From contig CM075994.1 in assembly GCA_038087875.1 (NCBI GenBank), forward strand, positions 2,730,001 to 2,794,000: a stretch of 64,000 nt of DNA, read 5' to 3'. The notes under the pieces are model-generated. The model made no database searches and was not told where the DNA came from. It was given only the letters and a program-made list of their open reading frames with translations. Both the position numbers and the translations under genes were made by a program. The stretch is from Malacoraja senta. Its lineage: Eukaryota. This document shows positions 36,920 to 51,800 of this stretch, piece by piece. How positions within the stretch are numbered: the stretch's first letter is position 1; each line of letters starts with the position of its first letter.

Positions 36920-37119
36920 NNNNNNNNNNNNNNNNNNNNNNNNNNNNNNNNNNNNNNNNNNNNNNNNNNNNNNNNNNNNNNNNNNNNNNNNNNNNNNNNN
37001 NNNNNNNNNNNNNNNNNNNNNNNNNNNNNNNNNNNNNNNNNNNNNNNNNNNNNNNNNNNNNNNNNNNNNNNNNNNNNNNNNNNNNNNNNNNNNNNNNNNN
37101 NNNNNNNNNNNNNNNNNNN
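36920..37119. other. Assembly gap (200 N)
   Basis: Run of N. The round size suggests a placeholder of unknown true length. Confidence 1.
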
Positions 37120-37890
37120 TCCACCCCGGTCCCGCTCCACCCCGGCCCCGCTCCACCCTGGCCCCGGCCCCCGCTCCACCCCGGCCCCGCTCCACCCCGG
37201 CCCCGCCCCGCTCCACCCCGGCCCCGGCCCCGCTCCACCCCGGCCCCGCTCCACCCCGGCCCCGCTCCACCCCGGCCCCGGCCCCGCTCCACCCCGGCCC
37301 CGCTCCACCCCGGCCCTGCTCCACCCCGGCCCCGGCCCCGCTCCACCCCGGCCCCGGCCCCGGCCCCGGCCCCGGCCCCGCTCCACCCCGGCCCCGCTCC
37401 ACCCCGGCCCCGGCCCCGCTCCACCCCGGCCCCGGCCCCGGCCCCGCTCCACCCCGGCCCCGGCCCTGCTCCACCCCGGCCCCGGCCCTGGCCCCGCTCC
37501 ACCCCGGCCCCGGCTCCAGCCCCGGCCCCGCTCCACCCCAGCCCCTGCTCCACCCGGTCCCGCTCCACCCCGGACCCACTCCACCCCGGCCCCGCTCCGA
37601 CCTCGGCCCCGGCCCCACTCCACCCCGGCCCCGCTCCACCCCGGCCCAGCTCCGACCTCAGCCCTGGCCCCGCTCCACCCCGGCCCCGCTCCGACCCCGG
37701 CCCTACCACTCCAACCTCGGCCCCGGCCCCGCTCCGACCTCGGCCCTGGGCCCCCGCTCCACCCCGGTCCCGCTCCGACCTCCGGCCCCGGCCCCGCTCC
37801 GACCTCGGCCCCGCTCCATCCGGCCCCGCTCCGACCTTGGCCCCGCTCCACCCTGGCCCCGCTCCACCCCGGCCCCGCTCCACCCCAGCC
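37120..37890 (+). repeat. GC-rich minisatellite (CCCCGCTCCACCCCGG with interspersed CCCCGG)
   Basis: Directly visible tandem array that degenerates towards 37890. Confidence 0.95.
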
Positions 37891-40800
37891 CCGTGTGTGG
37901 GCGGTGCCGACCCACAGCCCTGTGACAGTGCGGCCCACAGAGGAAGACGAGGCGGAGGGCAGCCGTGGCCGGACTGCGCTGACCCGGGGGGGAGAGTGGG
38001 GGCTGTCCTGAGGGATGTGCTCTTTTGGCCGCTTACACCTTGGTGCTCGGGTTCAGAGCAAACCTTCCCGCTTTCAATGACAGCACCCACAAATATTTAT
38101 AGCACAAAAAATGACAATTTTGGTGGTTTTTAACGTAAGAAAGTACGCGTTCCGTTTGGTAACAGTGCGTGCCGGAAGCTGCCATGTCCTCCCACATGGA
38201 TTGAGCTGCCCCGTGCGTCACGCCCTTTGACCCTATGACCTTACGTGCAACCCCCCTATTACATTTGTATCTATTACAAAATTCCATTATGACTTGTATT
38301 ATGCAAGTGCATAAAAATGTCTGGAATTATAATCATTCAAACTATTTGTTCGAGATGAATTTGTGATCTGAATCGCACAAAAATGTGAAATATTTTCAGA
38401 GAATGAGGGCAGGTTATTGTTCCTCTGTTTCCTTTAATCTAGGAGTTACTGAGTTTAAGGAGACACCCTGTGTCACAGAGGGTGTGTTCGTCCACTAAAT
38501 GTCTCTCAGTCAGTAGCAACAGGATCACGGTGCTATAGAGGGCGCATTAAATCTAGCCTCCCTTATGCTCTCTGCACTTCCACCTACTTAACCATGGCAA
38601 CTCTAAAATACAATGATAATTTATGGAGAAACTCTTCTCAATTATGTCAAAGTAAGGAATTTGCTCATAAGACATAGAACCATACAGTACAGCACAGGAA
38701 CAGGCCCTTCGGCCCACAAGTTACATGCCAAACATGATGCCAAGTTAAACTAAATCAAACCTGTCCACCGAACTGGGAAAGAGATTAAATAGCAGGTCCT
38801 CACAGCTTGTAATCTCAGAATTAGTCCCGATAATACTTTCAGAAAAGCAGAAGGATAAAGCAGATACAGGTACAGCTGGAAAGATGGCGAATCAAGCAAG
38901 ATGGCAATGGAGCATAGTGACTCTTTGCATGCTGGTCCCAGAATTGGATCTACTGTCATTGGATACATTCGCTCCACTCTTTTAAATCTCTGCTTATTGT
39001 ACTTGAGTATGGCTTGATTATATTAATCTATATTATTATCTGATTTAATTGGATAGCAGGCAAACAGCAGCTTTTCACTGAATGTTGGTACATGTGACAA
39101 TAATATACCAATACCAAAGAAATCTGCAGAAGAAAGGGGTTTAGATTTCTGATGGTGGAAGCACATTGAGGTTGCTGCACAGATTAGATGTATTTTACCT
39201 CAGCATGGCTGATATTAATTTATTTGTAGGGACATTTGCTCGCACTATTAGAGAGGGATTAAACAAGTTTAGTCTGGCGATGGGGATGGCCTCTTCAGTG
39301 AGAATTGAGGAAGGAGAGAGGTAAAGCAAGAAGGGAAAGTTAGAAAATCAGCAAGTTGTAAAAAATATATTTCGCTCTTTCATCTTTAGGACGTGATATA
39401 TTCAATAGTCTTACTTTGATGAGATGTAATTCTGCTGAGGGCTATTTTCAATAAATGACTGGACATAGACCATAGAAATGTAGAGCACAGGGTCAGGCCC
39501 TTTGGTCCACAATGTCCGTGCCGAACATGATGCCAAGTTTAAATAATCACCACTGCCTGCACGTGACCCATATCCCTCCATTTCCTGCATATCCATCTGC
39601 CTATCTAAAAGCCTCTTAAATGCCACTATCATATCCACCTCTACCACCACCGCTGGCAGCGGGTTCCAGGCACTCGCCACTCTCTGTGTAAAAAAACGTG
39701 CCCCGCACATCTCCTTTAAACTCTGCCCCTCTCACCTTAAACATGCATTTACGGAGGATGATGAACAGTGAATAAGGTAAATAAAGGTTATTTTTTTACT
39801 TCAGACTTGCTCAAGCTTCCTGTTTTTAAATCCAAACTAAACAAGAGTGGTGTTACACCCAGCACACGTGATCTGATGTGACATAGCTGGCCTTTTTAAG
39901 AGTTAAGTATCACTCTGAATCTCTCCTGTGCTTGGGGCTAGTAGAAGCTATATAAGCATCACAGCCTTGATGCTTCCCTCCAGGTTCAGAGATAATTAAA
40001 TCTAATTATGAAAAGGACACAATGTGTTGGAGTATCTCAGTGGGTCAGGCAGCATCTCTGGAGAACATGGATAGGTGACATCTCGGGTCGGGACCCTTCT
40101 TCAGACTGATTATAGCTGTGGGGGAGACAAAGTCTGCCAAGTGAGACATCTATCCACGTCATCCAGAGATGCGACCTGACTCGCTGAGTTACTCCAGCAC
40201 TTTGTGTCTTTTTTGTAAACTAGCATCTACAGTTTCCTTCTGTCTAAACCTAATTGAAACTTAGGCACGGTCGTCTGTCCATTCCCTCCGCAGATGCTGA
40301 CTGATCCGCTGAGTTCCTCCAGCACTTTGTGTTTTGCTCCAGATTCCAGCATCTGCAGCTCCTTGTGTCTTCAAACCAAATTGATTATTTGGCTCGAGTC
40401 TTGACGACAAAGGTTTGGGAAAGATCAGAATTCCTTCGTGACTGATGCCTTTGACTATATTCTCTTGTTTTGGACTGTGGTTAAAGCAGTGCAGAGAGAA
40501 AACAATACTTTTATATTTTTGATGAGCTGCTTTCTTGAACCACCAGTCCTCCTAGTGAAGGGACAAGGAAGTGCAATTGGCCAGGAGGTTCCAGGATATC
40601 TGGGCTGGCAGGTTTGAGTTATAAGAAGTTGGATAGGCTAGGTCTATTTTCTCTAGAGTGTAGGAGGCTGAAGGAAGACCTTATCAAGGTGTATGACCAT
40701 GAGGAGCACGGATAAAGTGAACGCTCACAGTCTTTTTCTCCAGGGTGGAAGATTCTAAAACTAGAGGCTGAAGAGGGTTAAAAGTGAGAGGGGAGATATA

Positions 40801-42639
40801 TAAGAGGAACCACAGGGAAACATTTTTACTCAGAGTGTAGTTTGTATTTAGAACAAGCTGCCAGAGGAAGGTAGAACTCCTCCCTAAGTTTGTTTTTGGC
40901 TTCAGATTACTGCATCTGTAATCTGTTCTGTCTTCATACAAATGCACACACATTTCCTCATTGGCACCATGCACACTTGTACACACCACCCACACTCACA
41001 CCACACTCATCCTCCCTCCCATTTGCTCTATCTAGAGTGATTGAGTTTGACCTGATTATATCTGTTTGGATAACATGCAGAACAAAGCTTTTCACTACCT
41101 CGGTACAAGTGACAGTAATAAATGATTTATTAGGGAAGCTTAGGGGTAACATTGGAGTGGTTTATAAAATTATGAGGGCAATAGATGGGATGGATAGAGT
41201 CTTTATCCCATGGTAAGAGGAGTCTACAAATAGAGGGTGCAGGTTTAAGGTTTGAGTGGAGAAATTTAAAGATCTGAGGCTAGGTTTTACACACAGAGGG
41301 TGATGATGATCTGGAACCAGCCGCCAGAAGAGATGGCAAAAGCAGATACAATTACAAAATGTAAAAGGTACTTGGATAGAAAATGCTTAAGTATATGAAC
41401 CTAACGTAGGGATTAGTATAGATGGGCATTAGGGTTTGCAAAGCTGAGATGGGCTGAAAGGGCCCATTTCTGTGCTGCACAATTCTATGACACATTAGGT
41501 TTAAGGAGTGTTTGTGAGTTCTGGATTCATGACTTGGTTTTAATTTGTGTTGACAAATGCTCGACAGTAAATGGGTGTGGACTGAAGAGATTTAAAGGCT
41601 GCTCTCAGATGAATATGTTTTGAAGAGACCTACTTGTGAGATAGACATAAAAAGCTGGAGTAATTCAGCGGGGCAGGCAGCATCTCTGGAGAGAAGGAAT
41701 GGGTGACGGTTTCAGCTCGAGACCCTTCTTCAGACTCGTCTCGACCCGAAACATCACCCATTCCTTATCTCCAAAGATGCTGCCTGTCCCGCTGAGTTAT
41801 TCTAGCTTTTTGTGTCTGTCTTCGGTTTAAACCAGCATCTGCAGTTCCTTCTTACATACTTCTCGTGAGTTTTGCTGTGTTCCCCTGTGACTATATTACT
41901 GATAACAACCGCATAAATATTGCTCATGCCAAAATTCTTTCATTATTTTAGCGTTGATTGGCCTGGCGGTAAGATCTCTGTGGTTGCGATCTCAGGTGAC
42001 TAAATGTTTAAGGCGTCTCCTTTAGTTACCAGAGAGAACAAAAGCATTTCTGGCATCCACCAGTGCACCACTCCCAGAAACTCTCTGTGGAATGAGAAAC
42101 TTTGTAAGAATTGTATCAAATGCATGAATCACTTTGTCCAAAAATTAAATACCTTACTATCTCATTGGCTTCCCTGGGGGAGCAAAGGCGGACGGGCGAG
42201 GAGAGGACTCGGTTGCTAGGCGACCCTGGAAGGTGACAGCTGAAGCCTGGGGCTTGCCTGAATCGGGCACCGCTCTTAACAACTGGAGCATGGACTGGAC
42301 TTGGAAAATGGAGCCAAACATGGCGTATGTGAGCTCAGTAGACAGATCTTTACAACTGCTAATCGGGGTGGTATGATGATACTCTACTTGACTGTTTCTC
42401 AGAAAAGAACACATGTGACAATAAAACACCATTGGGCCAACTTGCTGGTTTCAGTGACAATATCTATCTCAAGCCCACTCTAATGAAGATTGCACTAGGG
42501 CCTGTATAAATGTAATAGCTGCTGATTAATACAGCAAAGGATTCAGTAGCTGCTACATTGCCCAGATAGTGGCTGGAATGTGCAATTTGTTACCAGTTAG
42601 TATATTGTATTCAGTTTCTGTCACCCTGTTATAGGTAAG

Positions 42640-43530
42640 ATGTTGTTAAGATGGAAAGTGTGCAGAGAAGATTTGCGAGGATGTTGCCAGGATTTGAGGG
42701 CCTGAGCTACCAGGAGAGGTTGAGCAGTCTGGGACTTTATTCCTTGCAGCGCAGGGAGGATGAGGGGTGACCTCAATAGGAACTTCTACAGATGCGTCAT
42801 AGAAAGCATTTTGTCGGGATGCATCACAGCATGGTTTGGGAACAGCTCCATCCAAAACCACAAGAAATTGCAGAGAATTGTGGACGCAGCCCATCACACA
42901 AACCAACCTCCCTTCTATTGACTCCATTTACAGTTCACACTTCCTCAGCAAGGTCACCAGCATAATCAAGGATGAGTCTCACCCCGTTCACTCCCTCTTC
43001 TCCCCGCTCCCATCAGGCAAGAGGTACAGAAGTGTGAAAACACACATCTTCCGTTTCTTTCCAGCTGTTATCAGGCAAATGAACCATTTTACTAACAACC
43101 AGAGAGTGGTCCAGAGCCACTATCTACCTCAATGGAGACCCACGGACTATCTTTAATCGGACTTAACGGAACTTTATTTTGCACTAAACATTATTCCCGC
43201 TATCCTGTGGATAGGTCGATTGTAATCATGCATTGTCTTACCATCGACTGGTTAGCATGCAACAAAAGCTTTTCACTGCACCTCGGTACACGTGACTATA
43301 AACTAAACTAGCTAACTAAACTGAGGGCAACTTTTTTACACAAAAGGTGGTAGGCATATGGAACGAGCTGCCGGAGGAGGTAGTTGAGGCAAGCACTATC
43401 ATAACATTTAAAATACCATTTGGACAGGTACCTGATTGAAAGGTTAGAGGGATATGGGCCAAAAACAGGTGGGAGGGACTCGTGCATATGGGACATGTTG
43501 GTCAACATGGGCAAGTTGGGCCTGTTTCCA
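42640..43530 (+). mobile_element. CR1 tail fragment split by a Rex/L2-type 3' fragment
   Basis: CR1 nucleotides (GGATGAGGGGTGACCT ... TGGAACGAGCTGCCGGAGG) flank the ...HSLFSPLPSGKRYRS segment that ends in (AAACT)n. Confidence 0.7.
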
Positions 43531-43956
43531 CAAGTGAGCAGAGAGGTAAAATACTGTAAAGCTCTCTCAGCTAAAATTTTCTAGAGCCCCAGTGAAAGGA
43601 GGCTTCTATACAGCAGAGGTGTTGACACAAAGGGGTGCCAGTAGTGCAACTGGTAGAGCTTCTGCCCTTACTGTACCAGAAACCCGGGTTCCATCTTGAC
43701 ATCGGATGCTGTCTGTGTGAAGTTTGCACGTTCTCCCTGCGACCGCATGGGTTTTCACCAGGTGCTCCCAAAGGCATGCGTGTTTGTAGTTTATTGCCCC
43801 TCGTGTGTAGGGATTGGATGAGAAAGTGGGATAACATAGAACCAGTGTGAATGGATGATTAATGGGCCGACATGCCTCTTTGCATGCTCTGCATCTTTTA
43901 CGCGTTCAAGCAACAAAAAACAATGTTGTTGGGCTCACTGCTCTTATTCCATTTAG

Positions 43957-44846
43957 TTGCAAGTGAGTGGTGTTGCGGCTAGTGAAGATGGTTGCGAAAG
44001 ATTGCAGCAGGATCGGGATCGATTGGCCAGGTGGGCGGAGGAATGGTTGATGGAATTTAATACAGAGAAGTGTAAGGTGTTGCATTTTGGGACGTTGAAC
44101 AAGGGCAGGACCTACACAGTAAATGGTAGGCCTCTGGGTAGTGTTGTAGAGCAGAGGGACCTAGTACAGGTGCATGGTACCTTGAAAGGTGAGTCGCAGG
44201 TAGATAAGGTGTTCAAAATGGCTTTTGGCATTTTGGCCTTCATCGGTCAGAGTATTGCGTATAGAAGTTGCAGTTTTATAAGACGTTGGTGAGACTGCAT
44301 TTAGAATATTGTGTTCAGTTCTGGACACCATGAAATAGGAAAGATATTGTCAAGCTTGAAAGGGCTCAGAAAAAGATTTGCAAGGATGTTGCCAGGACTA
44401 GAGGGTGCGAGCTATAGGGAGGGAGAGATGACTAGGCTGGGTCTATTCCATGGAGCATAGGAGGATGAGGGGGCATCTTATAGAGGTGTACAAAATCATG
44501 AGAGGAATAGATTGGGTAGATGCACAGAGTCTCTTGCCCAGAGTAGGGGAATCGAGGACCAGAACACATAGGTTCAAGGTGAAGGGGAAACGATTGAGTA
44601 GGAATCCGAGGGGTAACATTTTCACACAAAGGGTGGTGGGTATATTGAACAAGCTGCCTGAGGAGGTATTGAGGCTGAGACAATCCCGTTGTTTAAGAGA
44701 CAGTTATACAGGTACATGGATAGGACAGGTTTGGAAGGATATGGACCAAGCGCAGGCAAGTGGGACTAGTGTAGCAGTGACATTGTTGGCCGGCGTGGAC
44801 AAGTTGGGCCGAAGGGCCTGTTTCCACACTGTATCACTCTATGACT
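43957..44846 (+). mobile_element. Degenerate CR1 3' fragment
   Basis: LQQDRDRLARWAEEWLMEFNTEKCKVLHFG...RRMRGHLIEVYKIM, ending in the (CTATGA)-type tail. Confidence 0.88.
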
Positions 44847-47800
44847 AAGTAAAAGGGACTGGATTTAGTTCTGCAGATGATCAGGTAGCTGAGCCAAAGA
44901 ATGCAGTCGAGTTTTTTACACATGACTCATAATGTATGTGAAAGACAGTAGGACTCAGGGGCCTTTAGGGAACACCCATACCCATTAGGCAGTAATCTAG
45001 TCAGTCTTTGGACTGCAGCCTCCCATTCCTCAGCAATTCCAGTGCACGTCGAGATACCTGTCAAACATTGTGAGAATGTCTGCCTTCACCACTTCCTCAG
45101 ACAATTTATTCACGAGAGTCAGGAGTGTTTAATTATTACATGTACTGAAACAGAACAATGAAATTATTACTTGCCGCAGTATAACAGGTTTGCAAACACT
45201 GAATAGATAACATAATAAACAAAATAAACCCAATATAGTGCAAAACAAAACAAAGCTTGAAGTCCCGAATGCAACCGAAGCAGTTTGTAGTTCGGCCTGT
45301 AGTTGAAGTTGATTGTGTTCAATAGCCTGGTAGTCGTTGAGAAGAAGCTGTTCCTGAAGCTGGACATTACAATTTTCAAACATCTACACCTTCTTCCCGA
45401 TGGCAGAAGTGAAATGAGAACGTGGCCAGGGTGATGTGGGTCCTTGATGATGTTGGCTTCCTTTTGGAGGCAGCTCCTCCTATAGATCCCTTCGATGTTG
45501 GGGACATCAGTACCCATGATGGACTGGGTAGTGTGCACCACATTTTCGAATCTCCTTCATTCCTAGTAATTTGCATTGCCAACCACTTCCCATAGAACAG
45601 CACAGCACAGGAACAGATCCTTTGGGCCACAATGTCTGTGCCAAACACGATGTCTGGTTAAACTAATCTCCTCTGCCTGCAAGTGTTCTGTATCCGTAAG
45701 ATCATTAGGTTCCATAGAGACAGGTCTTTGGGGTTTAATGCACAGATACTTTTATGAATGCACAGAGTCTATTACCCAGAATAGGGTGAATCAAGAACCA
45801 GAGGACAGTAGTTTAAGGTGAAAGGGGAAAGATTTATTAGGAAACCAACAGGTAACTTTTTACACCCAGGGTGGTAGGTATATGGAACAAGCTGCCAGAG
45901 GAGGTAGTTGCGGCATGTACTATAAAGCATGTAAACACTATTTGGATGGGTACATGGGGAGGAAAGGTGTGGAGGGATATGGGCCACATGCGGGCAGGTG
46001 GGACTAGCATAGATGAGACATCTTGGTCGGCATGGATGGGCTGAAGAATCTGTGCTGTTTGACTCTATGACTCCAACTCAGCGTTCATAATTAAAATTCA
46101 TTACAAGAAGAGAATCCTACTGGGACTTAGAGGCCCAATCATTCATGGTGTTTTTTTTGGAACGTAAGCACACTTGTTTTGTTTCTTGCATGATCTACCT
46201 ATGAAAATAAATTGACAATGTCAGGAATGGTTGCATAAATGTTTTTATTAGCAAACTTATGTCAATAGCACACATTTGTTTCTCGGTCTGAAGAGTTTGG
46301 GCTCAAGTATCCCACTAAAGATATGAGAATAACAATCAAGACTGATCAAAATGAAGAGGAGTAGACCATGCAATTTGTTTAGCCAATGCAATTGTTTGCC
46401 TTTTGGGCGAATGTTAGGATTATATGGCATTATTTTTAAAAACGGAAGAGAGTTACCCCAGTCTCATGACAAATATTATCCTGAATCAACACTGCAAAAT
46501 AAAAATCTAGACATTATCACTTTGCCTTTCAGATAAGGTTTTGTGCAAATTGGATGTTGCCTGCAACAATGACAAACGTTTAAAAGCTACTTCAGGGAAC
46601 AAGGATAGATGCTATTTCAGGTCAGGATTCTTCTTCAGACTGGGTCCCAACCTGAAATGTTACCTATCTATGTTCTCCAGAGATGCGGCCTGACCCGCTG
46701 AGTTACTCCAGCAATTTGTTTCTTATTTTGTAAACCAGCGTCTGCACTCCCTTGTGTCTCCATTTAAGAGCTTCTTCATTCACTGAGCATGATTAGGGGT
46801 TGCCTCGGAAAGGCCAGCAGCATAATCAAGGACCAGTCTGATATTTCCTTTATCTGTATCTGTACACTGATTGATTGTAATCATTTATAGTCATTTCGTT
46901 GACTGGATAGCACACAAAAAAAAAGCTTTTTGCTATATCTCGGTACACGTGACAATAATAAACGAAACTAAACAAGCCAAAACTTGGAAAGCTTCTGGAT
47001 ATAATAGAATACTTCCCTTGTTTGTTCACAACTCACACTTGAGGTATGTTTGACAGTGATTTGCAAGCACATTGGATTCATTCTTGCCCAATTGATTGAA
47101 AAATACAGCAGGGAAACAGGCCCTTCGGCCAACCAAGTCCATGCCCACCATTGATCTCCCGTTCACACGAGTTCTATGTTATCCCACTTTTGCATCTACT
47201 CCCTACACACCAGGGGCAATTTCAGTTCAGTTCAGTTTATTGTCACGTGTACCGAGGTACGGTGCCAGTCTGCGGAAAGACAATACATGATTACAATCGA
47301 GCTATTTACAGTGTATAGACACATGATAAGGGAACGTTTAGTGCAAGATAAAGCCAGTAAAGTATGAACAAAGATAGTCTGTGGGTCATCAATGGGGTAG
47401 ATAGTAGTGCAGGACTGCTCTCTGGTTGTGGTAGGATGATTCAGTTGCCTGATAACAGCTGGGAAAAAACTGTCCCTGAATCTGGAGGTGTGCGTATTCA
47501 CACTTCTATAGCTTTTGCCCGAAGGAAGAGGGGAGAAGAGGGAGTGGCCTGGGTGCGACTAGTCCTTGATTATGCTGCCGGCGGATCCCCCTTTGTTCTT
47601 GATGGCTCCCCGCCAGGTCTCTAAACTAAACTGAACTGAACTATTGTTCTGCCTTTGACAATTTGGTCATCTGCTCTCCGGTTATAGTGAGAAAGCACCT
47701 GCGGATATTTTCTCTCCTTTCAGAGAGGGACTGGGTCTTCCAGCAAGGTACAATACCTTGCTGTGCTCCCCCCCCCCCCCCCCCCCAGACACCTGCACTG

Positions 47801-47949
47801 TGGTTATTATGAGCTTTATTCCCATGACCTCCCTATATCCAAAACCTGCATGTAACCTGCTGCCTGTTCAAGTGCCCCTCCCTCTTCCTGCATTTCCTCA
47901 CCTTAGCACTGGATGGAACTAAGACATCACTACGCAACAAATGGTCAAC

Positions 47950-48780
47950 AAAGGACAAAGGACATTTATTATCACATACACCAATTGGTGTAGTGAAATT
48001 TGACTTGCCATGCAGCACACAGATAAAGATAAGACACAACATTAAAGAATTTATCAAATAAACATAAAAACATCCCCCACAATCGTTCCCACTGTGAGGG
48101 AAGACACAAAGTCCAGTCCCCATCCGCTTGTCCACCCATAGTCGGGCCTATTGAGGCCTCCACAGTCGCTGCTACGGCGGCCCGATGTTCCTGGCCGTTC
48201 TCGCCGGGTGATGGTGCTCCGGCAGCTTGGGACTGGAGCGGCCGCTTCCTTACTGGAGACCGCGGCTTCCGAAGCCGACAGGCCGCGCTGGATGGAGCTC
48301 CACCACTGCCGATCTCGGCGAGAGATCCCAGGCTCCCGGTGTAATGTTCAGCGCCGTCGCCAGCAGCTGGCCGCTCCACAGACCCGCAGCTCCGCGATGT
48401 TTTTCTCGGCGGTCTCAGCTCACCGTAGTTCCAGCGCGGCGACCCAGGCAAGGCATCGCCCGCTCCGCTCTGCGATAGCGCTCGCGCTGTGCCGCCGTCG
48501 AAGCCCGAGTTTCTGGCCTGTCCCGACAGGAAACGCCTCTCCAGGCCCGATGATAGGCCGCGAGGACGGGTCGAAGACGCTGCTCGGTGAAAAGCTGCCT
48601 CTCTGACCAGGTAGGGACCAGGAAAAGTAGTTTCCCCCTCCCCCCCCCCCCCCCCACATAAAAAAGACTAAAGCTCCAAAAACAAAACACTAAAACTCAC
48701 TAAAAATAAAACAAAGAGGTGAAACAAACAGACAGCTGCAGGCTGGTCAGCCATACCATACAGGACGGCGTCCCCTAAGC
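47950..48780 (-). mobile_element. GC-rich non-autonomous retroposon-like element (related to 51423-52256)
   Basis: Shares architecture with the insertion in the DIRS RT: GC-rich core, C-run, A-rich tract, CAGAC..CTGCAG motif and short tandem tail. Confidence 0.5.
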
Positions 48781-48877
48781 ATGGGAAAAGCTCAAGAATA
48801 ACACTAAAAGCTGTAGCACATATTCCTTTGGATAGCAAGGTGATGATACAACTGCTGATGGTAGTAGCATAATGAAT

Positions 48878-51800
48878 AGTAAGATTAAACGAGAACTTAC
48901 CAGTTTGAAGTTTGATCTTTATTTTATGAGGAGTTACGTTGAGGGACTATGTGAAGAAGAGCCCGTCCAGCCGCACATGCATCAATCTTCAAAGCAGCGG
49001 AGTGAAATCACAGACAACAATTACTGAAGTATGATAGTAAGATACGTAAAGACTAGAACTACCAGCTCGATCTTTGTGAGGGTGGGAGCGGAGGGCACGT
49101 AGTCCCTCAACGTAACTCCTCATAAAATAAAGATCAAACTTCAAACTGGTAAGTTCTCATTTAATCTTACTATTTTACTTCGGAGTCACGTGAGTGACTA
49201 CGTGAAGATTTCAAAGCTCTGTGATTTCACGCCGTAGATTCAAATCCAGGCGTCTCACTGCATTGATTGACTCTAAATGAGTAAAGCAATCAACAATGCA
49301 TAACCACAACATAGATGTAATCAGTTAATGGTTTTATTCATCACAACAATAGTAACCGCTTTGTCATAATGGGGACTTAATACTGAATCCCAAACAGCAC
49401 CACCAAATAACCCAGGATCTTTAATCTCCTTATGGTAATACTTGTGAAACATCCATTCACTTGCCCATCCTGCTGCCGCGAGGATAAGGTCTATTGGAAC
49501 GTCCAAATCCTTGGCCGCCGATATTGATGCCGCCCTGGTGGAATGAGATTTAAATTTGTCAGTATCAATACCTGCATCAACCAACACCTGCTTCAGCCAT
49601 CTTGAAATAGTCTGTACCAACACTTTCTTATGCGTTTTTTTATAGCTGACAAAAAATGCTGATTCTGCACCTCTTAAGGTTCTGGTTGCTTCAATGTAAC
49701 ATCGTAAATGTGCTACTACACATAGACGTGGATCCGTAGGATATGCTGCAAAAACCAACTTACATCCTGTGAACCCAGGTCTACTCTGTTTAAGCAAATC
49801 ATAGACATAGAATGTAATGGCATCTGCTGCTATTTTCATCCTGTCTATTCGTAATTTCTGCAATGTTTGCACTCTCTGTGCTGAAACTAGTGCCATGAGC
49901 ATAACTAACTTCATGGTGATTTTAGCCAATGACAGAGCTTCAATAGGCGTCCATTGGCGAAGGAGCATAAGCACATCTCTTACATTCCAGATTTCTGTAT
50001 ACCTGGGTCTAGGAGGATTGGAATTAAAAATTCCCTTCATAAACCTACAGACCCAAGGGTGTGATCCTATAGGATTTTGTTCTGATTCCCTGCATAGATA
50101 TGCAGAAAGCGCACTCCTTGCAGTATTGATCGCACTATAGCTCAAATGCAAATCAAAATATAGAGTTGACAGAAACTAACACATCTGAAATATCTGCAGT
50201 GTGATATGTAATATTCTTTTGTAAACAAAACACCTCCCATTTCCTTATATAAGAAATGTACTGCTTCTGGGTAATAATAATAATAATACATTTTATTTAT
50301 GGGCACCTTTCAAATCTCAAGGACACCTTACAGATTTTACAGTAAACGGAATGAAATAAATAGTAAAGACATCACAAGTACACAAATTAATACAGAATTT
50401 TTAAAAAATCACAAAAATCAAAAAACACAGTATGGAAGAGAGAGCAGCGGCTGCTAATACGCGCCTGGGTCCACTCCCCCTTCCGGGTACTATTCCTCCA
50501 GGCTGCCGCCATAACATCCACAGTACGCTCTGATAATCCTCTTCCGAGATACGGCCTTCTTAGAATCTGCAAATCAATAAACCAATATGATCATGTAAAG
50601 GATGTGACTCGCCAGTTACAGGGTGCACAAGCAGGTTTTCTGCTTAGGAATAATCATAAGGGGCCTTGTGATCATTTTTAACACCAGAGGATACCATGGC
50701 TGTGTAGGCCAGTCTGGTACCACTAAAACCCCTGAGGCCGTCCTGTTTAATTTTCTGTATACACCGATTAATGAGGCAAAATGGAGGAAATGCATACAGA
50801 AACATACTACCCCAATGTAGCGAGAAAGCATCCACCGCTACTGCACCAGGATCAGGTTCCCATGACACATATTTAGGCAATTGGTGGTTAAGTCTTGATG
50901 CAAACAAGTCAATCTCTGGCATCCCAAACCGTGCAATAGTTTTATTAAATTTTCCACGATCCAACATCCACTCTGTATTGTCGTTGAATTTACGTGACCT
51001 TGTGTCTGCAACTATGTTGAGTCTACCTGGTAGGTAGATTACCGAAAGCCAAATGTTTCTGGTAATACACCAGGTCCAGATCACGTTTGCCAATCTATCA
51101 CAAGATTCTGACTTGATACCACCCATATGATTAACATACGCTACAGTAGTATTGTCAATCTGTACCTGAACATGCAAATTTTCCATATTAGAACAATAAG
51201 CTTTAAGCCCATAAAATGTTCCTAAAAGCTCTAGGTAATTGATATCTTGTTCTTGGAGCAAAGGTACTTCCTCCACATTCCATCTACCTCCACAGATGGA
51301 ATCAGTATTAGTAGCGCCCCAACCTAGAGCACTTACATCAGTCTGTAGAATAATGGAAGGTGTTTCAACCAGAATTTGTCTGGAAACATTAGAGACACTG
51401 TTAATCCACCACTCTAATTCCGTAATACAATACAAAACAATACAATACAATTTATTTGTCATTTGGACCCCGTTGAGGTCCAAACGAAATGTCGTTTCTG
51501 CAGCCATACATTACAAAACGAAGAAGACCCGAGACACAAACACAATTTACACATACATCCATCACAGCGCTGTGATGGAAGGCAAAAAAAAACTTATCTC
51601 TCCACTGCACTCCCCCCCCGATGTCAGAGTCAAAGTCAAAGCCCCCGGCGGGCGATGGTGATTATCCCGTGGCCATTAAAGCCACGTCGGGCGATGCAAG
51701 GTCGCGCACCGGGTCTTGGTGTTAGAGCCCCGGCGTGCGCTCGCAAAGTCCCGCAGCCATTCCAAGCCGCGCGGGGTGGTGATGTAAAGCCCCGCTCCAG

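Noticed and set aside
35310..37925. 871-aa Env with a long proline-rich (mucin-like) tail
   Set aside because: The ORF caller read through 200 Ns into an unrelated minisatellite. Only 35310-36919 is env.
36692..38133. Several 300-400 aa Gly/Arg- or Pro-rich ORFs
   Set aside because: They are translations of the stop-free GC minisatellite plus the gap.
50644..51000. Bacterial-type DNA adenine methyltransferase (contamination or HGT)
   Set aside because: It is a known domain of DIRS1 pol, found here in its expected position.
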